DNA from: a virus
Reading direction: 5' to 3' (one strand)
UHGV virus genome: UHGV-0033546
DNA length: 64,000 nucleotides
Part shown: in pieces, positions 39,136 through 48,071 of the stretch
How the letters are laid out: the number at the start of each line of letters is the position of its first letter
Numbering within the stretch: position 1 is the stretch's first letter
Made by a program: the position numbers and the translations under genes
Notes under the pieces: generated by a model
What the model was told of the DNA's origin: nothing
Seen by the model: only the letters and a program-made list of their open reading frames with translations
Databases searched by the model: none

Positions 39136-39543
39136 TCACTCAATTTCAATTTTACTAAATACATAGAATATGATTGAACAGACTACATAAGCGCCACACA
39201 CAGATTGAACTAATACCATTCCAAAGAACCAAACAATATTATCAAACAGTGTCTGTTTTACGTCGAAAGGACGTAAACTTACAGTAATATTATCGCCTTT
39301 TTCTATTGATGAATACATCTCTGGTGAAATATATTCGCTAAATCTATAACCGTCTTTTAGTTCATATATGGCAATAAACGATAAACTAGACCCCTTTCCT
39401 TGTGTTCCTGTAATGGTATTAACTACAGTAACATCATAATCTTTATAATGCATATAATCATTAATAGCATAATAACCATATGCAATCGCTATACATAAAC
39501 AACATATCAATAAATTCAATCTTTTAATTATCAACTGTTTCAT
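39136..39543 (-). CDS. hypothetical membrane protein
   Basis: 135 aa with N- and C-terminal TM segments. Confidence 0.5.
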   Translation of the reverse strand: MKQLIIKRLNLLICCLCIAIAYGYYAINDYMHYKDYDVTVVNTITGTQGKGSSLSFIAIYELKDGYRFSEYISPEMYSSIEKGDNITVSLRPFDVKQTLFDNIVWFFGMVLVQSVCGAYVVCSIIFYVFSKIEIE

Positions 39544-39598
39544 AATAATCTCAATTAAAAGGGCTTAGAACCATTATACCATCCTTGGTATAAAGCGG

Positions 39599-40126
39599 TT
39601 ATGCGAGTACCGTCTTTAACCGTTCTTCAAACTTCCGAAGAGTATTTTGGCGTTCAGCTCTTTGCTTTTTGTAAGTTTCAATACGCTCTGAAATGAGAGT
39701 GTATCGTTCATTTACTGATTCTTTCATAAAATCAGGAATTTCACGAGAAGCTTTAATCTCGTCAAATTTATCAATAACAGCTTGCTCTTCAGCAATTAAA
39801 TTATCATACATTAAAATATCTTTCTTGATGAACTCAATATCTTCTTGAGTTACACGAGATAATTTAGATGCTTTATCCTTTTTGTACTGTTCGTTAGTAT
39901 CACGAGACCAGTGTAATGTACGATTTTTATTCGTATTTTTGTAAATTTCTACAATACCAATCTCATCAATAATAACGATCCAATTCCAACGTGATTTGTA
40001 AATTTGTCCTCCATCAACAGTGATTTCACCTCCGATTGAGATGTCATTAAAGAACTTGCTTTGTGCTTCAGATTTAAATTTACCATCATTGTAATTTACC
40101 AAGTTGAAAATATCTTTAGCGTTCAT
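39599..40126 (-). CDS. hypothetical protein with C-terminal coiled coil
   Basis: 175-aa ORF(-) just downstream of early promoter. Confidence 0.5.
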   Translation of the reverse strand: MNAKDIFNLVNYNDGKFKSEAQSKFFNDISIGGEITVDGGQIYKSRWNWIVIIDEIGIVEIYKNTNKNRTLHWSRDTNEQYKKDKASKLSRVTQEDIEFIKKDILMYDNLIAEEQAVIDKFDEIKASREIPDFMKESVNERYTLISERIETYKKQRAERQNTLRKFEERLKTVLA

Positions 40127-40154
40127 TTTCTGTTCCTCCGTAGTTGATAGTTGT

Positions 40155-40184
40155 ATAGTACCACAGAGGAACAGTCTTGTAAAC
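40155..40184 (-). promoter_or_regulatory. T4-type early promoter
   Basis: minus strand GTTTACA, 18 nt, TGG-TACTAT. Confidence 0.55.
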
Positions 40185-40186
40185 CA

Positions 40187-40501
40187 CTAAAAGAAACTTC
40201 TTTCACAATTTTTTCCACTGAACCAGGCGCTCACTGCTTTCTTAGTCTCAGGAGCAGTGTTATCCATAAACCATTCAAAGGCAGCCTTTTTATGATTCTG
40301 GAGGGCTTCTCGGGCTTTAATCTGCTCACGGTCTATTAACACTAACACATGAGCCTTTCTTGTCACCATGGGCTTCTTATGATTTTTTGAATACTCCCAG
40401 TCATTTGTCCATCGCATTGTCGTTGCGAACTGAAATACTGCTTCTTTAATTTTAGTTTCGTAAATTTCACGAGCCTTTGAGTATAACATCACTACCTCCA
40501 T
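40187..40501 (-). CDS. hypothetical protein
   Basis: 104-aa ORF(-). Confidence 0.5.
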   Translation of the reverse strand: MEVVMLYSKAREIYETKIKEAVFQFATTMRWTNDWEYSKNHKKPMVTRKAHVLVLIDREQIKAREALQNHKKAAFEWFMDNTAPETKKAVSAWFSGKNCERSFF

Positions 40502-40590
40502 TCACCAGTTTAATTCTAGTCATCTTTTTAATGGCAGTCCATATAATCTATTTCTGAACTGCCTTTTTGTCATAGAAGTCCTCTTATGAA

Positions 40591-41577
40591 TTATTTCAGA
40601 AGAGTAACCTCAGCGATTTCTTCCCAACCGTTTTTGTCGGTCATAATAAAGTCAGCAAGATAAAGAGCAGTACGCAGTGAAACATTGCGTAAACGATTAA
40701 CATTAACTTTCATCCATGATAATGCTTTATAAGTTTCTTCATCAGAAAGACCGCGCTTTTGCATCATGTCAGTTGAAAGAATAACATCTTCAACCCTGAC
40801 CATAATTTCTTCATTAGTGTGAACACCCAAATCTAAATAAACCGAGCGGGACACTAATGCTTGTAAATGTGGAGCAAGTTTAGTACCACGGTCTAATTCG
40901 CGGTCAATGTCAACGTTTGTGATAAAAACAATCGTTCCTTTAAATTCAAACTCACGCTCAATGCCTTTTTCTTCTAAGTAAGAAGACGCAGTGCTCCAGC
41001 AGACTTTACGGGTCTCTCCAGTGTCCAGAGCAGCTTTTAGAAGATTAAGAATGTCCATATCAGAGAAAACATCCACATCATCAATCAAAAGGACAGAATT
41101 CTCTTCACGATTATTCCAAAGCTGCTCATAAAGACCAATACCAGAGATTTTACCATTAATGCTTTTATATTCAATGTATCCAATATCATTTGCTTTATTT
41201 AAAGCTTTATCTAAAGAATACGTTTTACCAATACCTGCCGCTCCTGAGATAATTAATGAACGAATATTTCCGTTAATAATACCATTCGTCATCATTCCCA
41301 TAACATTAAATCTTTTATTAATGCGGGTTTTCATATCTTCATATGATTCTTTAACTTCTTCAACTTTTACACCATCATATGAAATATCTGATTTGTAAAC
41401 CCAAACACCGCGACGCTTACCGTCAATTTCAACAAAAACTTTACCATCTCCTTGTGCATCTACCGGAGCATTATCTGGGAACCATTCGCCTAAGAGCTCA
41501 AAAGTTCCAGAGATTTCTTTACCGAAGTAGATACCCTTATTGATAGTTACAGTTTTCATTTTATTCTCCAATTTCAC
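40591..41577 (-). CDS. P-loop (AAA+-like) ATPase
   Basis: 328 aa; Walker A GAAGIGKT, Walker B VLLIDDVD after a 100-aa N-terminal domain. Confidence 0.65.
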   Translation of the reverse strand: MKLENKMKTVTINKGIYFGKEISGTFELLGEWFPDNAPVDAQGDGKVFVEIDGKRRGVWVYKSDISYDGVKVEEVKESYEDMKTRINKRFNVMGMMTNGIINGNIRSLIISGAAGIGKTYSLDKALNKANDIGYIEYKSINGKISGIGLYEQLWNNREENSVLLIDDVDVFSDMDILNLLKAALDTGETRKVCWSTASSYLEEKGIEREFEFKGTIVFITNVDIDRELDRGTKLAPHLQALVSRSVYLDLGVHTNEEIMVRVEDVILSTDMMQKRGLSDEETYKALSWMKVNVNRLRNVSLRTALYLADFIMTDKNGWEEIAEVTLLK

Positions 41578-41595
41578 ATTTGTTTTGATAGGGTA

Positions 41596-41625
41596 ATAGT
41601 ATCACACTACTACCCTACTGTAAAC
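41596..41625 (-). promoter_or_regulatory. T4-type early promoter
   Basis: minus strand GTTTACA, 18 nt, TACTAT. Confidence 0.55.
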
Positions 41626-41628
41626 AAT

Positions 41629-41892
41629 TTATTTTAATGTTTGCCAAATTTTTACTGCTTCGCGACGAGATACTTCTACAGCTCCAAGTTCTACGGCTTT
41701 TTGGCGTCGCCGAGCATGTAAGTCATAATGTTTAATGCGTTTATCTTGAAACCAAGAACGTTTCATTCCTATTGCTTCTGCCATTTTATGAAGCTCTTCA
41801 ATATCTCCATCAGTGAACATATGACAATTTTTAGTTGGATGACCGCGAAGTTTCCATCCATGATTCATTAAAACATCTACGTAAACTGTCAT
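41629..41892 (-). CDS. small DUF4031-like protein
   Basis: 87 aa; pattern HxFTDGDxEELHxxAxxIGxxRSWFQ...HYDL recalled for DUF4031 (unverified). Confidence 0.5.
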   Translation of the reverse strand: MTVYVDVLMNHGWKLRGHPTKNCHMFTDGDIEELHKMAEAIGMKRSWFQDKRIKHYDLHARRRQKAVELGAVEVSRREAVKIWQTLK

Positions 41893-42074
41893 TGATTCTG
41901 CTCCAAATATGTTTCTATAATTTTCTGAGCGAGATAAACTGCGTTATCTTCAGTTGCATCTTCTAAGAAACTTTCAAAACACTCTGAAATTTCTTCTGTG
42001 TCAATCAACTTTTTTACTTCAATTGGTGTAATTTTCATTTTGTTTTCCGTTTATGTGTTTGTTTTGATAGTTGT

Positions 42075-42104
42075 ATAGTACTACAAAGCTCTATGCTTGT
42101 AAAC
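42075..42104 (-). promoter_or_regulatory. T4-type early promoter
   Basis: minus strand GTTTACA, 18 nt, TACTAT. Confidence 0.55.
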
Positions 42105-42128
42105 AGTTTTGTGAAAAATTTTTGAAAT

Positions 42129-42152
42129 AAAAAAGGGAGCCCGAAGGCTCCC
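42129..42152 (-). terminator. intrinsic terminator (CUUCGG hairpin + T-run)
   Basis: GGGAGCC-UUCG-GGCUCCC followed by T6 on minus strand. Confidence 0.6.
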
Positions 42153-42154
42153 TA

Positions 42155-43168
42155 TCATTTATAATAACTTCGATGGTTTTCAAGATAGACCTTCTCAAGG
42201 AAGTCATCCCAGAAACTCATGTCTACTTTTTGCTGCATACCGTTCTTAGAAGCTTCAGTAGATGCTGCTTCTACTTGATCGACCACATCTTCCAAAAACT
42301 CTTGGACTGTTTTAAATGGATGTTTACCCAACTTCACGTCGAGAATAAATGGAGCGTCTTGAAGTGGATAGACTAAGTCACCAGTTTTGTAAATTTCCAA
42401 TAGTTGAAGTCCACCACGACAAGCATGACTCAGAGCTTTCCAATCAATGCCCTCATTCGCTTCAGCCTTACGAGCACGTTCACCGTATTCAGCATCTAGT
42501 TTGTTCAAAGATTGCTTAAGCTCAATAAGAGAAAGTGTTGTCTGATATTTGCGACCCAACACAGTGTAGAACGTTTGTGGACCTGTTTTCTCATGATTAT
42601 GGAATACCCATTCACAAAATTCGTTCTCTGGAAGACGATGCTTAATATCTTCAATTTTAACGCGACGTTGTCCTTGTGTTCCATCTTCTCGGTAGACATT
42701 CCGTTGATCAGGAATTTGATTAATTACTTTCAACACATCACGTAATGCAGCCAAACGAGAACCTTTAACACCATATTTAGAAGCTTGCTTACGAACATAT
42801 CCTAAATAGGACTTCATGTTGGTTGTATAAAAACGAGAACGGTTGTCTTGAATAAACTTCCACACATCAGGCAAATCAGATTTAACCACTAGTTCAGGTG
42901 GAGTGTGAAGCATATCTAATGCGACAGTTTCGCCATCTGCTGCTAATTTAAAGAAATACTTAAGACTGTATAGTTCATGGTCAATATCATCTTTAGTGTT
43001 TTTAGATGATGTATTGTTAGTGTTTTTACTCATGTGCTCTTTGACATTTCCGATAAGAATATCACGAGCAGGAGGAACAAAAATTTCTTTAAAATCTACA
43101 TCAGATTCTGGGGTAGAAGTTCCATAAAGATGACTACCAAAATAGCTTTTCATTACTGTTTTCATCAT
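42155..43168 (-). CDS. predicted nucleotidyltransferase (Pol-beta superfamily)
   Basis: 337 aa; N-terminal GSHLYGTSTPESDVDF (GS...DxD) at residues 11-26. Confidence 0.6.
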   Translation of the reverse strand: MMKTVMKSYFGSHLYGTSTPESDVDFKEIFVPPARDILIGNVKEHMSKNTNNTSSKNTKDDIDHELYSLKYFFKLAADGETVALDMLHTPPELVVKSDLPDVWKFIQDNRSRFYTTNMKSYLGYVRKQASKYGVKGSRLAALRDVLKVINQIPDQRNVYREDGTQGQRRVKIEDIKHRLPENEFCEWVFHNHEKTGPQTFYTVLGRKYQTTLSLIELKQSLNKLDAEYGERARKAEANEGIDWKALSHACRGGLQLLEIYKTGDLVYPLQDAPFILDVKLGKHPFKTVQEFLEDVVDQVEAASTEASKNGMQQKVDMSFWDDFLEKVYLENHRSYYK

Positions 43169-43626
43169 TCAGCCTTATATTCAATAACAGGACATACTTT
43201 AGCTTTACGAGCTTTTAAAAATTCGACGATAATCGATTTCTTGGGTTGAATAGGAGGTAAACCTTTAGCCTTCCTATCAATATTTTCTACATGTAAAGCA
43301 TAATCCTTTTTCCATTTATAATCTTTATATTTTTCATGTAGTTGCGCAGGAATAACAAATGAACCTATAATAAGTAAAACAATCAAAAGAGCAAATATAA
43401 ATGCTGATGGAAGAAGAGTCCATAAACTACCAAAAATAAGCCAACGCTGTAGGCTTTCTGCACAAATAATTGTTAACCCTACGAGTATAGCACATCCAAA
43501 AATAGAAACGAAAAATGTAGGGATAACAATAGACCAAAAGTATGCACATAGTGTCTTAGGTCGTTTCCATTCGTCGTTAAACAGTTTGAATAATTTATAA
43601 TGCCAAGAGTTTTCATTAATAATCAT
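43165..43626 (-). CDS. hypothetical membrane protein
   Basis: 153 aa; three hydrophobic segments; coupled to downstream gene. Confidence 0.5.
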   Translation of the reverse strand: MIINENSWHYKLFKLFNDEWKRPKTLCAYFWSIVIPTFFVSIFGCAILVGLTIICAESLQRWLIFGSLWTLLPSAFIFALLIVLLIIGSFVIPAQLHEKYKDYKWKKDYALHVENIDRKAKGLPPIQPKKSIIVEFLKARKAKVCPVIEYKAE

Positions 43627-43628
43627 AA

Positions 43629-44150
43629 TTATCCTTTCATTGAAGGTGTAACAGTTGTTAAATACTTAATCATAGCTTCAGCTTCTGATTTTGATAATGA
43701 AATTTCTCCATTGTTTTGACGAATAGAAATAAAATCCGGATGACGGTCACCACCAGCTTTTAAAACACACATATAAGTATCAACTTCATCTTCAATATCT
43801 GAAATGATTGAAGCAGTTCCACACGAATGTGGTTTTTGATAAATCAATACAGCTTTTCTTCCACCGTTTGACTGTTCATAAACTTTTAACACATCAAACA
43901 AATCACTTCTTTTATCAATAGCTAAGATGTTGTTTTCATCTTCAATGTTAAATCCTTCGGATACTTCATAAAGTGTCACCCATAAATCGCCAATATCAAT
44001 AACAGCGTTCACTTTTCCATGACTTTCAAGAGCATGACAAATTTTCTTGATTTCGTCATAACTCATTTTAATAATATCATCTCCTTGAATAAGAAAGATG
44101 TCATTTTTAAATTCAACACGAATTAAACCACTTCCACTTGAAATAAACAT
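43629..44150 (-). CDS. hypothetical protein (paralog of 44157..44708)
   Basis: 173 aa; shared IGDLWV / YLTTVTPSM motifs. Confidence 0.5.
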   Translation of the reverse strand: MFISSGSGLIRVEFKNDIFLIQGDDIIKMSYDEIKKICHALESHGKVNAVIDIGDLWVTLYEVSEGFNIEDENNILAIDKRSDLFDVLKVYEQSNGGRKAVLIYQKPHSCGTASIISDIEDEVDTYMCVLKAGGDRHPDFISIRQNNGEISLSKSEAEAMIKYLTTVTPSMKG

Positions 44151-44156
44151 ATTTCC

Positions 44157-44708
44157 TCACTTTGAAATCATAGTTGGAATGACAGAATCAAGATAAGTCT
44201 TTAGCGCAATAGCTTCGTCTTTGGTAAATGTGACAATATGCACTCGAGAATCATCAATTTGACGAACAAGTACAACATCACCATCTTCATAAGAAGTCTT
44301 GACATCCAAAGTCGTAGTATAGTTTGCAGCTACTGGATTAATAATGCTAGCACTGCGGTCTTTAGCCCATTGAAGTTTAGCCTTTTCGGGTGTTTCGACT
44401 GTTTCAGATTCCAAGAATTCTTTCACCTTGGCAACGAATGTTTCCCAATTGTTGATAGAAATACATGCAAGTTCAGTTTCAATATTACCACCGTGAGAGC
44501 CACGATAAAAACGAACTTGGAGGTCGCCTGTAATAGTTATACTGGTAACTCCTGAGGGAGCATAAGATAAAATCGCAGCCAGTTCCATAGGAAGAATAAT
44601 AATATTATCGTTTCCCTGCGTCAGAACGTATACATTACCACGTTTTTCGATAACCAGGTCACCGAATAAATTAGTTGTTTCAATTACAGCTTTCATATTA
44701 TTCACCAA
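44157..44708 (-). CDS. hypothetical protein (paralog of 43629..44150)
   Basis: 183 aa; TGDLQV / YLDSVIPTM motifs. Confidence 0.5.
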   Translation of the reverse strand: MVNNMKAVIETTNLFGDLVIEKRGNVYVLTQGNDNIIILPMELAAILSYAPSGVTSITITGDLQVRFYRGSHGGNIETELACISINNWETFVAKVKEFLESETVETPEKAKLQWAKDRSASIINPVAANYTTTLDVKTSYEDGDVVLVRQIDDSRVHIVTFTKDEAIALKTYLDSVIPTMISK

Positions 44709-44889
44709 TTAAAGTCTCAATTAATTCTCTTAATTTAAAAGCTTGCTCATTTGTCATTACATACTCCTCTGAATCATATCAATAATGTTGTTCACCAAAT
44801 TATAAGTAAACATTGGGTAATTATATTGAATCATCACATACACAACAAGCAAAACTTTCATTCTCTTCTCCTTGGCAGTTGACAAGATT

Positions 44890-44919
44890 ACTATACCATA
44901 ACCTTGCCAACTTGTAAAC
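44890..44919 (-). promoter_or_regulatory. T4-type early promoter
   Basis: minus strand GTTTACA, 18 nt, TGG-TATAGT. Confidence 0.55.
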
Positions 44920-44921
44920 CA

Positions 44922-45095
44922 TTAAATGACGTTTTCGATAAAATTCTGAAGCTTTGTGTGAGCATCAACCATGATTTTCATTTCTTCCTTTGCGAAAGCT
45001 GTACCTCTTTCCCGAGCAGAATACTCATAGTCAGAAACTGCATTAGCATATTCTTCAATTAGCTTCATTAAAAACATCTGCTTTTCAGTTTTCAT
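44922..45095 (-). CDS. hypothetical small protein (57 aa)
   Basis: ORF(-) below cut-off; ATG overlaps upstream gene end. Confidence 0.3.
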   Translation of the reverse strand: MKTEKQMFLMKLIEEYANAVSDYEYSARERGTAFAKEEMKIMVDAHTKLQNFIENVI

Positions 45096-45279
45096 TATTC
45101 CACCTAATCATTTCAAGATATTGAACTAACTTAGCTTTGGATTTATCCAAATCCTTTTTAGCAGCTTCTATACCGTCGTATGAATATCCTTCACAATGCT
45201 CAACTGCTAATTGGTATGAATCTATTTCAATATCACGTGCTAATTTAATGATTTTTTCAAACTGTTCACGTGTCAGCAT
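45085..45279 (-). CDS. hypothetical protein
   Basis: 64-aa ORF(-). Confidence 0.45.
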   Translation of the reverse strand: MLTREQFEKIIKLARDIEIDSYQLAVEHCEGYSYDGIEAAKKDLDKSKAKLVQYLEMIRWNNEN

Positions 45280-45281
45280 AC

Positions 45282-45521
45282 TTAAACTCTCGTATTATGA
45301 TCGATAATTTCATCAAGAAACATATCTAAAGCTTCTACAGCATTATCAACTTTATCTTCAAGTTCATCAATACCTTTATTTGCAATACCTGACGAAAACC
45401 AAGCAAAGTCGCTAAGTTCCTCATCTGCTTTACGAATTAAAGCTACCAATTCTTTAATCTTATCCGCTTGTTCAATGCTAATCATTATTCCACCACGTAT
45501 GAAAGAGAGAATATTGCACAC
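45282..45521 (-). CDS. hypothetical protein
   Basis: 79-aa ORF(-). Confidence 0.45.
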   Translation of the reverse strand: MCNILSFIRGGIMISIEQADKIKELVALIRKADEELSDFAWFSSGIANKGIDELEDKVDNAVEALDMFLDEIIDHNTRV

Positions 45522-45718
45522 GCCATATGTGTTGCAGCTTCATCACACATATCATAACGTTTCTTAAGAAGTTCTACAAGCTCTTCACTAGTAACTTCAT
45601 CCATGTCGACGAAAAAATCACCATTAATGATGACGTAGATATTTCCTTCTTGATTGAGTGCTTCAATTTTCATGATGTTCTCCTCTTTATCTGATAGTTG
45701 TATAGTATCACAGCTCAA
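45485..45718 (-). CDS. hypothetical protein
   Basis: 77-aa ORF(-) downstream of early promoter. Confidence 0.45.
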   Translation of the reverse strand: MSCDTIQLSDKEENIMKIEALNQEGNIYVIINGDFFVDMDEVTSEELVELLKKRYDMCDEAATHMACAIFSLSYVVE

Positions 45719-45731
45719 ATGGAAAGTAAAC
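45702..45731 (-). promoter_or_regulatory. T4-type early promoter
   Basis: minus strand GTTTACT, 18 nt, TACTAT; same module as at 4682..4747. Confidence 0.55.
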
Positions 45732-45741
45732 CGGTAAAATG

Positions 45742-45763
45742 AAAAAAGTCTCCCGAAGGAGAC
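45742..45763 (-). terminator. intrinsic terminator (CUUCGG hairpin + T-run)
   Basis: GUCUCC-UUCG-GGAGAC followed by T6 on minus strand. Confidence 0.6.
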
Positions 45764-45768
45764 TAATG

Positions 45769-46155
45769 TTATTCGAGGGAAAGAAGATATTTGCTCTGGT
45801 AAAACATCCCAGTAATATCATCTATCGTGCTTTGAATGGCTGGAGGCATTTCTTTATAAATGCTGTTAGATTGGTCTAGTATGTGATCAATCATTTTAAT
45901 TGTGTCGGTAGGAAGTTTACTGGCATCTGGAATAGAAGGCGTGTATTTTCTACCAGAATACCCCAAATATTGCTCACCAAATTTGTCAATCAAATCTGGC
46001 AACTCAGAAAAAATAAAATCGTATGCTTTGTGTCTAGCATAACTTTTAGTTTCAAAATGTGCAGAATGAAAATAAGCTTGTGCAGCCATTAATAAACCTG
46101 AGTATTCATCTGCCTTCGAAGGTTTTCCACTCTGTGAAAAGTCGCTGAATTTCAT
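45769..46155 (-). CDS. hypothetical protein
   Basis: 128-aa ORF(-). Confidence 0.5.
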   Translation of the reverse strand: MKFSDFSQSGKPSKADEYSGLLMAAQAYFHSAHFETKSYARHKAYDFIFSELPDLIDKFGEQYLGYSGRKYTPSIPDASKLPTDTIKMIDHILDQSNSIYKEMPPAIQSTIDDITGMFYQSKYLLSLE

Positions 46156-46445
46156 TCAGTCTCCAATTTAATGTTCATAATTCTAGCGTATGATTGTGCC
46201 ATCTCCGCGCCTCGTTCTATACATTCAAAATCGGAAGAGCACGGGTCATTTTTATAAGTCGTTCTCATAAAACTATAGAACTGTTCAGATGATTCTACGC
46301 TTTTATTTTCAAAAAGCATATAAACATGTCTAATACCAGATTCCATAAATTTATCAAAATGAGGATCGACATTCGCTTCAATTGGTGGAGATAAAGCAAA
46401 CGCTAATCCTAGCATGGCAAATAGTGCCGTTGCTTTTAAGGCCAT
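46152..46445 (-). CDS. rI: lysis inhibition regulator RI
   Basis: 97 aa with N-terminal signal-anchor; size and position next to tk as T4 rI. Confidence 0.7.
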   Translation of the reverse strand: MALKATALFAMLGLAFALSPPIEANVDPHFDKFMESGIRHVYMLFENKSVESSEQFYSFMRTTYKNDPCSSDFECIERGAEMAQSYARIMNIKLETE

Positions 46446-46457
46446 AAAGGCCTCCTA

Positions 46458-46670
46458 TCATTTTTGTCCTGTATTTACTTTATGCCGATGTACGGCCTTA
46501 ACTTTATCAAGGTATTTTTCAAAATTTCGCAATCTGGTATAGTCTGCCGGAGATTGGTTGAGTGATACTTCTCGACGCAAAGCTGAAATAACATTTCCAA
46601 CTTCCCTACGAATTTCATCTAATTGAAGCACAGTAAGATTGCGAAGTTGCTTTTCAGTTAATTGTAGCAT
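46458..46670 (-). CDS. hypothetical protein
   Basis: 70-aa ORF(-). Confidence 0.45.
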   Translation of the reverse strand: MLQLTEKQLRNLTVLQLDEIRREVGNVISALRREVSLNQSPADYTRLRNFEKYLDKVKAVHRHKVNTGQK

Positions 46671-46712
46671 ATATACCCCTTTAGTTAGATAAACCTATTT
46701 ATAACTTTTGCA

Positions 46713-47294
46713 CTAACCGAGCTTTTTAGTTAATTCATTCCAATGTTTTCTACATAAAGAAACATAAATTTCATCACCAATACAGATTTGATTACCTTCT
46801 TTAACAGGTGTTCCATCTTCCATTAATCGAGCTGTCATAATCGCTTTTTTACCACAATGACAAACTGCCTTTAGTTCAATAAGTTTATCTGCAATCGCTA
46901 AAAGTTCTTTAGAACCTTCGAATAATTTTCCAGCGAAATCAGTTCTTAATCCATAAGCCATAACAGGAACATTATATGTATCAACAATTCGGCTTAATTG
47001 GTGCACCTGTTCAGTTTTTAAAAACTGAGCTTCATCTACAAATACGCAATGAATATCTTTTTGTGCTTCAGCCCATTTATAGAACTCGAAAATATCCATA
47101 TCATCCGTAATAATATTCGCTTCCTGTTTAATTCCAATGCGAGAAACGACTTCACAAACAGAATCGCGAGTATCAATAGCAGGCTTAAGAACTAATACAC
47201 CCATTCCGCGTTCTTTATAATTATGCGCAGCAGTCAAAAGAGAAGCAGATTTTCCAGCATTCATTGCTGCATAAGTAAAAATTAAACTCGCCAT
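46713..47294 (-). CDS. tk: thymidine kinase
   Basis: 193 aa; P-loop AMNAGKS; C-terminal zinc motif CHCGKK...C..C. Confidence 0.85.
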   Translation of the reverse strand: MASLIFTYAAMNAGKSASLLTAAHNYKERGMGVLVLKPAIDTRDSVCEVVSRIGIKQEANIITDDMDIFEFYKWAEAQKDIHCVFVDEAQFLKTEQVHQLSRIVDTYNVPVMAYGLRTDFAGKLFEGSKELLAIADKLIELKAVCHCGKKAIMTARLMEDGTPVKEGNQICIGDEIYVSLCRKHWNELTKKLG

Positions 47295-47303
47295 ATCACC
47301 TTC

Positions 47304-47489
47304 TTAAAGCGTATTCACATAAGCTATTAATTCGTTTTCTTTCTTATCAAACCGACCAGCAAATTCTTCCTGCTGTTCGGGAGATATCGGGCCATATTCA
47401 TCATAAAAGGCGTTTGCTTCTGTATGCTCATCTAGAAGTTCATGGATAAGCTCAAACAATTTATCTTTTTGTTCTTTACTTAGGCTCAT
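47304..47489 (-). CDS. hypothetical protein
   Basis: 61-aa acidic ORF(-). Confidence 0.45.
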   Translation of the reverse strand: MSLSKEQKDKLFELIHELLDEHTEANAFYDEYGPISPEQQEEFAGRFDKKENELIAYVNTL

Positions 47490-47659
47490 ATATTAATTTC
47501 CAGAAGTTTTAAAATAATTCGCTTTTGCTTAAATATTTCCATAGTTAAATGATCAGTATCTTTTTGACCAATTCCAATGGCAAAACCTTTATTAGCAGCG
47601 AGTTCAATTAAATTATCAAGTTCATGTAACACTTCGTATTGTAACTCAGAGCTATTCAT
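47486..47659 (-). CDS. hypothetical small protein (57 aa)
   Basis: ATGA overlaps at both ends with neighbours. Confidence 0.3.
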   Translation of the reverse strand: MNSSELQYEVLHELDNLIELAANKGFAIGIGQKDTDHLTMEIFKQKRIILKLLEINI

Positions 47660-47883
47660 TTCGGTTTACCTTCTTTAACGAAATCAGGATAAGGATAAAA
47701 TCCTGAATAAAATCCTTCGCCTTTATGATTGATGCATCCTTTATTAGAACAATAGCACCAATAATCAAAATCACAAGCCATTTCATCATTACATAAAGCA
47801 AATACAACTGGCCATTCGCACTTTTCGCAGTGGGCATTTTTAAGAATACTAGTTTGGCTCATAACCATGTAACCTTTAAGCAA
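47656..47883 (-). CDS. hypothetical Cys-rich protein
   Basis: 75 aa; CEKCEW...C..C.C...C. Confidence 0.45.
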   Translation of the reverse strand: MLKGYMVMSQTSILKNAHCEKCEWPVVFALCNDEMACDFDYWCYCSNKGCINHKGEGFYSGFYPYPDFVKEGKPK

Positions 47884-48071
47884 TATTCTTCTACGTGTTG
47901 TTTACGACCTTTCTTATCAATAAAGGTATATTCAACGAATGTTCCAATGTAGTCTTTATCTACATCATGTGGACTATTAATTGGGCATTTAGTACGGCAA
48001 ATGCGTTCCCATTGACGAATAATTACTGCTTTGTTTTTAGGATCAAACGGATGCGGGTAATGTGCTTTCAT
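47859..48071 (-). CDS. hypothetical protein
   Basis: 70-aa ORF(-). Confidence 0.45.
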   Translation of the reverse strand: MKAHYPHPFDPKNKAVIIRQWERICRTKCPINSPHDVDKDYIGTFVEYTFIDKKGRKQHVEEYCLKVTWL

